Part shown: positions 55,404-64,000 of the stretch, piece by piece
Layout of the letters: each line of letters begins with the position of its first letter
Position numbering within the stretch: the stretch's first letter is position 1
Assembly: GCA_965112735.1 (NCBI GenBank)
Contig: OZ218961.1
Span: 1,178,001 to 1,242,000, forward strand
Direction of reading: 5' to 3'
Origin: Phaeosaccion multiseriatum
Taxonomy: Eukaryota > Protista > Ochrophyta, other classes
DNA length: 64,000 nt
Notes under the pieces: model-generated
What the model was told of the DNA's origin: nothing
The model's input: the letters and a program-made list of their open reading frames with translations, nothing else
The model's database searches: none
Translations under genes and position numbers: made by a program

Positions 55404-55687
55404 GCCTCCCTCTCCCTCCTCCAACGCTCACATTTCTATGCAACCCTGCCCCTGGAGCCCGTCTTTCTTACCAAAAGAGCACGCTCTTCCCTGTCTTCTT
55501 CCCCTCTCTTGTCTCGAGTCTGGAGGCAAAGTCGAGCCCCCCGGGGAATCCAGGAAGAAAATAGGGCACCTCGACTTTGTATGTCAACGGACATTCACAC
55601 CGCCGCCGCCATCTCCCCTTCCACTCTCTCTTCTCTCTCTCTCTCTCTCTCCTTGTATTTCTCTGATGTCTGTGGTTGGCTCTGGTC

Positions 55688-55744
55688 ATGCTCCCGACTT
55701 ATACGGGTGATAAGTCTGGGCGCGTGTTTCGTCAGGTGAGAGGG

Positions 55745-55799
<55 letters not shown>

Positions 55800-58700
55800 C
55801 GAGAGAGAGAAAGCAGGGAGGGATCAGGAGAAAGAGAGAGCTGAGAAACAGGGGAGAGGGAAAGAGAGATGGGAGAGGAAAGAAGAAGGGCTCCCTTCAA
55901 AAAATGTATCAGTCCTGCGTCTGCTCTCCCTCACTCCTTGCTGTGTACCTTGGCACCCAACCCGTAACACAACAGGCGCGTAACAAGCTCCACCTAAGTG
56001 CTCAGAGAGCAACCAAAGGGCAGTGGGCAGCCATGGTATCTCTCCTCATCGTCCTCTCCACTCTCTTGTACCTCCTCGCCGCGCAGACGGGGAGTGAAGC
56101 TCGAGGAGGGGGGGTTCGAAGCAATAGAAGAGATAGGAAGAACCTGGATAGTAGCAGTAGTAGTAGCAGCAGAGGTCGGAGCGGGGGCAATGGGGACCAG
56201 GTGAGCAGAGGAGACTGTTCTGTTGCTTGTTTTCTCTCCATCCCACCCCTCCTTCAGTCCCCCCATCCTCGATCTCCCTCATTTATCTCTCCCTCAAGCT
56301 TTCTTTCTCTTCTCTCTTTCCTCTATATGTGTGCGCCTCCCACCTCTCCCTCGGGTTCATCACTCCTCCCCTCTTAAATCTATCTCTGAGTCTACCTCTT
56401 GCTCTCTTGCTCCCTCCCTCCCTTCCCCCCTCCCTTCCCCCCTCCGTCCCTCCGTCCCTCCATCCCTCCATCCATCCGTCCATCCCTCCTTCACCCACCC
56501 ACCCTCACCCACCCACCCTCACCCACCCATCCTCACCCACCCACCCTCTTCCTCCCTTCCTCCCTCCCTCCCTCCCTCTACTATGAACTGAGCAGACCAC
56601 GCACAGAGGTCCTCACGGCTCCAAGGCGTATCGCAGAGCCGAGAGGGCGGCAGCCTTCCGAGAAGCCAAAGATAAGGATAAGGCGCGCAGGGGAGAGGGG
56701 CAGCAAGGGGGGGAGGAGGGGGAGGGGGGGGGGGGGAAGAGGCAGACCAAGCAGGGCAAGCAGACAGCAGCAGGGGCGGGGGCACCAATTGGTGATACAG
56801 CAGGGGCAGGGGCAGGGGAGATGATGGGAGAGGAGATGGGCAATGTGGAGGCCCAGCAAATGGCAGCAGCAGCAGCGGCAGTTGGTCATACGAGAGTTGG
56901 TGATACAGCGGTTAGTGATACAGCAGGAATAAGAGAGGGAGACGTCGTCGGAGGGGCGGAGGAAGACCGCCAAGCAGCAGCAGCAGCAGCAGCAGGAGCA
57001 GCAGCTGGTGGTGCAGCACTTGGTGATACTGCAGTTGGTGATCCAGGAGCAGCAGAAGAAGCAGCTGCAGTCCAGGGCCCTTCCCCGAGCGACGAAGGCC
57101 CGGGCAGGCCGGCGGAGGCAGAGGCGTTGAGCTCATGGAGCGGGCAGCGGCAAGACGCCGTCGGAGAGGCTCTGCGGTGGGCTTGGCAGGTGCGAGGGAC
57201 ACACACTTCACACACTTCACAGTGCACAGTGCACAGGGCGAGGGACACACACTTCACACTGTACAGTTGACAGTGCACAGGGCGAGGGTTCACAGTTCGC
57301 AGTTCCAGTTTGTTGTAGCCTGTTGTGCCTCACAACCCTTCTAGCTTGCTGTGTTGGCCCCTTGGAAACCAAAGACTTGCTCCAGTTTCAGTTCTGCCCT
57401 CATCTCTCTTACTCCTCCCTACATAGTGTTTTCTCTTTCTCTACCTCTTCCTTCTCTCGTAACTCTCTTTGTTCTTTTCTCTTACTCCTCTCTCTCTCTC
57501 TGCCGCTCTCTTCTCTTCTCTTCTCTCTCTACCTCTACCTCACTCGCTTTCTCTCCTCGTTCCCTACTTCTTTCTATCTCTCTTACCTCTTCTTTCGGCT
57601 TGCCTCCTCCTCCTCCTCCTCCTCCTCCTCCTGGTGCTGCAGGGCTACAAGGAGTTTGCATGGGGTGCCGACGAGCTCCACCCCGTGAGCAAAGGCAAGG
57701 GAGATTGGTTTGGGCTGGGGCTGACAATCGTCGACGCGCTGGACACGCTGTGGCTGGCAGGAGAGAAGGATGAATTCCGTCTAGGTGAGTGGGTAGGCGT
57801 GTGTGTGTGCGTCTGCGTGTGTCTACGTAAGGGGTGCATGTCTATATTGGATGTGTGTATATGTGTGTCTACGTAAGGGGTGCATGTCTATGTTGGATGT
57901 GTATATGTGTGTCTCTACGTAAGGGGTGCATGTCTATATTGGATTTGTGTATATGTGTCTCTACGTAAGGGGTGCGTGTCTATATTAGTGTTACGTATAT
58001 GTGTCTCTACGTAAGGGGTGCATGTCTATGTTGGATGTGTGTATATGTGTCTCTACGTAAGGGGTGCATGTCTATATTGGGTGTGTATATGTGTCTCTAC
58101 GTAAGGGGTGCATGTCTATATTGGGTGGTGTATATGTGTCTCTACGTAAGGGGTGCATGTCTATATTGGGTGTGTATATGTGTCTCTACGTAAGGGTTGT
58201 GTCCCTACCTGCTGTGTCCTGTCCCTGCGGCACCCGCCTCCCCTCCCGTCATCACTCCAACTAACCAACCAACCAACCAACCAACCAACCAACCAACCAA
58301 CCAACCACCCAACCAACCGACCAACCAACCAACCAACCAACCAACCAACCGACCAACCGATAAACCACTCAACCAACCAACCAACCAACCAACCAACCAA
58401 CCAACCGACCAACCGATAAACCAACCAACCAACCAACCAACGTACTACCATGTGCCTATTCAGGGGTGGAGTGGGTGCGTGATCATCTTAACGTGGAGGT
58501 GGACAAGGCCGTTAACACCTTCGAGACAACGATTCGCGTGCTTGGGGGTTTGCTGTCGGCATACGCCTTGTCGGTGAGAGAGGGGGGTGGGGAGGGGAGA
58601 GAGAGAAAGAATAAAAGAAACACGGAGGGAGAGAGTGAGGGACAGGGGGGGGGAGAAGAGAGTATTAAAGATAGACGGAGAGAGTGAGGGAGAGAAAGAC

Positions 58701-60160
58701 AGAGGGAAGGCAGTGGAGGATGTCTGACCATCCCCTCGCCTCTAACCCTACCTCTTCCTAACCGCGTGTGAGTGCGTGCGTCACCGTACCCACTCACCTC
58801 AACCACCCCACCCATTGACATACTATACCCACCCATTGACATACTACACCCAACCACAGGGCGAGCCCGTGCTTCTGGAGAGGGCGGAGGTGCTTGCCTC
58901 AAAGCTTTCTAACGCCTTCACCTCCTCCCCTTCGGGTGTGCCATATAGGTACGTAATATGACATAACGTTATGAACTTATCAAATATTATTAACTGTTAA
59001 GTGATCTTCTTCTTGTGTTGCAAGGCATCTCCCCGATCCATCCCCTGCCATCCCTCGCATCCACTGCCATCCTTCCCCATCACCACCACTCCCCCCCCTC
59101 CGCTTCTCCGCTCTACATCTCTCTGTAAGGCTCCCCTCCCCGTCCCACCACTCACTCACTCACTCACTCACTCACTCACTCATTCATTCACTCACTCACT
59201 CATTCACTCACTCTCTCACTCACTCACTCACTCACTCACTCACTCACCCACTCACTCACTCACTCACTCACTCACTCACTCACTCACTCACTCATTCATT
59301 CACTCACTCATTCACTCACTCACTCACTCACTCACTCTCTCACTCACTCACTCACTCACTCACTGACTCACTGACTCACTGACCCACTCACTCACTCATT
59401 CACTCATTCACTGACCCACTCACTCACTCGCTCACTCACTCACTCACTCACTCACTCACTCACTCACTCACTCACTCACTCACTCACTCACTCACTGACT
59501 CACTGACTCACTGACCCACTCACTTACTCATTCACTCACTCCTCACTCACTCACTCACTCACGAACTCGCTCACTCACTCACTCACTCGCTCACTCACTC
59601 ACTCACTCACTCACTCACTCACTCACTCACTCACTCACTCACTCACTCACTCACTCATTGACTCATTCACTCACTCACTCACTGACTCACTGACTCACTC
59701 ACGCACTCATTCACTCACTCACTCACTCACCCACTTCCTCACTCACTCACTCACTCACTCACTCACTCACTCACTCACTCACTCACTCACTCACTCACTC
59801 ACTCACTCACTCACTCACTCCCTCGTTCCGTCGCTCACTCCCTCACGCCCTCTCTCACCCCCAGCCAGTCCCTGCCTACAACCCCCTCACCACCATACAC
59901 CTCTCACATAACCGTATGCCTCTATAACCCCATGACAGCGACGTGAACCTCCGCAGCGGGCATGCCTACAACCCCCCAGGGGTGGTGCACAGCTCTCTGT
60001 CAGAGGCCACGACGGTGCAGCTCGAGTTCAAGTATCTCTCAGTCTTGACCAACGAGCCCGCCCTGGCACACATGGTGGATAAGGTGTGTGCATGTGTGGG
60101 TGTGGGTCTGAGCATTGCGTGTGTGTGTGTGATGAGCATGCTGTAAATGCGCATGCATCG

Positions 60161-60193
<33 letters not shown>

Positions 60194-63100
60194 ATGAGCA
60201 TGCTGTAAATGCGCATGCATCGATGTGTGTGACGAGCATGCTGTAAGTGCGCATATATCGATGTGTGTATACCCTCCTTCGCTCCTCATGTGTACATTTA
60301 CTCCATTGATATATAAGCTAAGCATATCTTACGTGCTGTTTCCCCCTCTCTTCTCTCTGCCTCACTCTCCCCCACCCTCCCTCCTTCCCTCCCTCCCTCC
60401 CTCTATCTCCCTCCCTCCCTCTCTCTCCTTCCATCTCCATCTGTCTACCGACCTACCTATCTTCCGTATCCCGACTCTATCGATCTTTCTGTATCTATCC
60501 TTCGTGTCCGGCTCCTCCCTCCTTCTGTCCGACCGACTCCTCCCTCCTTCCTCCTCAGGTGATGGATGTGGTGCAGCAGTCCCTCGAGGTGCTCGGCTGG
60601 AGCGATGACCGCAGGTAAGATGGCAGTGGATGGATGGGTCATCTCTCTCTGTGTTGTTGTTGTTCTTGCTGCTGCGGTTTGTGGCAAAAGGCACTTGAAA
60701 GTTGATTATGGGTGTCATCTGCCTTGCCTGCACATGAACACACATACACTCATACAATGCACACACGCATACACACCCACAACACACACACATACACACA
60801 CACACACACAATACACATACAGAGGCCTGGCCCCCATGCACATCAGCCCGACAGATGGCCGCTTCCAGGTGGGTGGGTTTGTATGTCAATGAAGTTGTGT
60901 GTGTATGTCACTGGGTGGGTGGGTGGGTGGGTGGGTAGAGAAGGGAGAGTCGGTGGAGGATAGAGAGAGAGAGGAAGAGGAACAGAGACAGAGAGAGGAG
61001 AAAGAAACAGAGGGAGGAAAGAGAGACGCACAGGGCTGGGATAGAAGGAGACAGGGAGACACACAGGGCTGGGATAGAGGGAGACAGGGAGACACACAGG
61101 GCTGGGATAGAAGGAGACAGGGAGACACACAGGGCTGGGATAGAGGGAGACAGGGAGACACACAGGGCTGGGATAGAGGGAGACAGGGAGACACACAGGG
61201 CTGGGATAGAAGGAGACAGGGAGACACACAGGGCTGGGATAGAGGGAGACAGGGAGACACACAGGGCTGGGATAGAAGGAGACAGGGAGACACACAGGGC
61301 TGGGATAGAAGGAGACAGGGAGCCACACAGGGCTGGGATAGAAGGAGACAGGGAGACACACAGGGCTGGGATAGAAGGAGACAGGGAGACACACAGGGCT
61401 GGGATAGAAGGAGACAGGGAGACACACAGGGCTGGGATAGAAGGAGACAGGGAGACACACAGGGCTGGGATAGAGGGAGACAGGGAGACACACAGGGCTG
61501 GGATAGAAGGAGACAGGGAGACACACAGGGCTGGGATAGAGGGAGACAGGGAGACACACAGGGCTGGGATAGAAGGAGACAGGGAGACACACAGGGCTGG
61601 GATAGAAGGAGACAGGGAGACACACAGGGCTGGGATAGAAGGAGACAGGGAGACACACAGGGCTGGGATAGAAGGAGACAGGGAGACACACAGGGCTGGG
61701 ATAGAAGGAGACAGGGAGACACACAGGGCTGGGATAGAGGGAGACAGGGAGACACACAGGGCTGGGATAGAGGGAGACAGGGAGACACACAGGGCTGGGA
61801 TAGAAGGAGACAGGGAGACACACAGGGCTGGGATAGAGGGAGACAGGGAGACACACAGGGCTGGGATAGAAGGAGACAGGGAGACACACCGGGCTGGGAT
61901 AGAAGGAGACAGGGAGACACACAGGGCTGGGATAGAGGGAGACAGGGAGACACACAGGGCTGGGATAGAAGGAGACAGGGAGACACACAGGGCTGGGATA
62001 GAAGGAGACAGGGAGACACACAGGGCTGGGATAGAAGGAGACAGGGAGACACACAGGGCTGGGATAGAAGGAGACAGGGAGACACACAGGGCTGGGATAG
62101 AAGGAGACAGGGAGACACACAGGGCTGGGATAGAGGGAGACAGGGAGACACACAGGGCTGGGATAGAAGGAGACAGGGAGACACACAGGGCTGGGATAGA
62201 AGGAGACAGGGAGACACACAGGGCTGGGATAGAGGGAGACAGGGAGACACACAGGGCTGGGATAGAAGGAGACAGGGAGACACACAGGGCTGGGATAGAA
62301 GGAGACAGGGAGACACACAGGGCTGGGATAGAAGGAGACAGGGAGACACACAGGGCTGGGATAGAGGGAGACAGGGAGACACACAGGGCTGGGATAGAGG
62401 GAGACAGGGAGACACACAGGGCTGGGATAGAAGGAGACAGGGAGACACACAGGGCTGGGATAGAAGGAGACAGGGAGACACACAGGGCTGGGATAGAAGG
62501 AGACAGGGAGACACACAGGGCTGGGATAGAGGGAGACAGGGAGACACACAGGGCTGGGATAGAGGGAGACAGGGAGACACACAGGGCTGGGATAGAAGGA
62601 GACAGGGAGACACACAGGGCTGGGATAGAAGGAGACAGGGAGACACACAGGGCTGGGATAGAAGGAGACAGGGAGACACACAGGGCTGGGATAGAAGGAG
62701 ACAGGGAGACACACAGGGCTGGGATAGAAGGAGACAGGGAGACACACAGGGCTGGGATAGAAGGAGACAGGGAGACACACAGGGCTGGGATAGAGGGAGA
62801 CAGGGAGACACACAGGGCTGGGATAGAGGGAGACAGGGAGACACACAGGGCTGGGATAGAAGGAGACAGGGAGACACACAGGGCTGGGATAGAAGGAGAC
62901 AGGGAGACACACAGGGCTGGGATAGAAGGAGACAGGGAGACACACAGGGCTGGGATAGAGGGAGACAGGGAGACACACAGGGCTGGGATAGAGGGAGACA
63001 GGGAGACACACAGGGCTGGGATAGAAGGAGACAGGGAGACACACAGGGCTGGGATAGAAGGAGACAGGGAGACACACAGGGCTGGGATAGAGGGAGACAG

Positions 63101-63788
63101 GGAGACACACAGGGCTGGGATAGAAGGAGACAGGGAGACACACAGGGCTGGGATAGAAGGAGACAGGGAGACACACAGGGCTGGGATAGAAGGAGACAGG
63201 GAGACACACAGGGCTGGGATAGAGGGAGACAGGGAGACACACAGGGCTGGGATAGAAGGAGACAGGGAGACACACAGGGCTGGGATAGAAGGAGACAGGG
63301 AGACACACAGGGCTGGGATAGAAGGAGACAGGGAGACACACAGGGCTGGGATAGAAGGAGACAGGGAGACACACAGGGCTGGGATAGAAGGAGACAGGGA
63401 GACACACAGGGCTGGGATAGAGGGAGACAGGGAGACACACAGGGCTGGGATAGAGGGAGACAGGGAGACACACAGGGCTGGGATAGAGGGAGACAGGGAG
63501 ACACACCGGAACAGAGGGTGAGATGCAGCGCGGGAGGAACAAGTTGTGCCCCTCGCCTGACGTGTGCGAATACACAACTCCTCCTCCTGTTAATGCCTAA
63601 TGACTCACACCTAATGACTTGTACCTAATGACTTATGCCTCATGACTTGTGCCTAATGACTTCTTATGCCGCAGGCCTCTTCAACGGTATCTCTGGGAGC
63701 GAGGGGCGACTCGTACTACGAGTACCTCTTGAAGCAGTTCTTGTTCGATAAGGAGGGAGGGCAGCGCTACCTTGGAAGGTATCAGCAG
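55688..63788 (+). CDS. Class I alpha-1,2-mannosidase (GH47, type II membrane); continues past the window
   Basis: Putative start MLPTY, TM segment [16 protein letters not shown], then [58 protein letters not shown] and [14 protein letters not shown], spread over GT-AG exons. Confidence 0.92.
57818..58196. repeat. ~42-bp intronic minisatellite, ~9 copies
   Basis: GTGTCTCTACGTAAGGGGTGCATGTCTATATTGGxTGTGTATAT variants. Confidence 0.9.
59150..59820. repeat. (CACT)n microsatellite, intronic
   Basis: Direct inspection. Confidence 0.9.
61029..63506. repeat. 30-bp minisatellite, ~82 copies, in a mannosidase intron
   Basis: CACAGGGCTGGGATAGA(A/G)GGAGACAGGGAGACA-type 30-bp period, between the donor at ~60869 and the acceptor at ~63675. 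Confidence 0.97.
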
Positions 63789-64000
63789 GTAAGACTTACG
63801 TAGGGCCAAAAAGCACTGCCGTGCTGTTGTGCTGTTCTGTGCCTTGCATTGCCTTGCCTCAGCTCACCTCTCTCGCTCTCTCTCCCCCCCCTCCTCTCTC
63901 TTCCTCACCCACTCTCTCTCTTTTTCACTCTCTCTCCCTCTCTCTCACTCTTTCTCCCCCCTCTCCTCCCCTCCCCTCCCCCATCCTCCCCTCTCCTCCC

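Noticed and set aside
60843-63628. Four ~870-910 aa ORFs
   Set aside because: Translations of a stop-free 30-bp intronic minisatellite lying between in-phase mannosidase exons.

Overview
Eukaryotic nuclear DNA with many introns, most of them filled with micro- or minisatellites. A stramenopile or similar protist is my inference only. Spliced housekeeping genes: the 5' part of PRP16/DHX38 (-), a Zn-dependent CAD-like alcohol dehydrogenase (+), a BASS/SBF-family transporter (+), coatomer alpha COPA (-) and the 5' part of a GH47 alpha-1,2-mannosidase (+). The accessory block at ~7.6-27.5 kb is a ~6.9-kb unit in about 2.5 tandem copies (two full, one partial). All three copies carry an intronless FNIP/LRR-type repeat gene (two intact, one pseudogene) and a glutamate decarboxylase 3' remnant; the two full copies also carry a 5' remnant of another gene. 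The LRR genes have 8/7/6 copies of a 123-bp module with a near-invariant framework and hypervariable codons at fixed positions, and they are mosaics of one another. A 2.7-kb element with 37-bp TIRs sits upstream of copy 3, and a 157-bp MITE lies at 40.2 kb. Separately, the 10-mer TTGGTGATAC occurs exactly at least 13 times on both strands, in introns, intergenic DNA and unrelated coding exons, against ~0.1 expected by chance. Most long ORFs in the supplied track are repeat artefacts.
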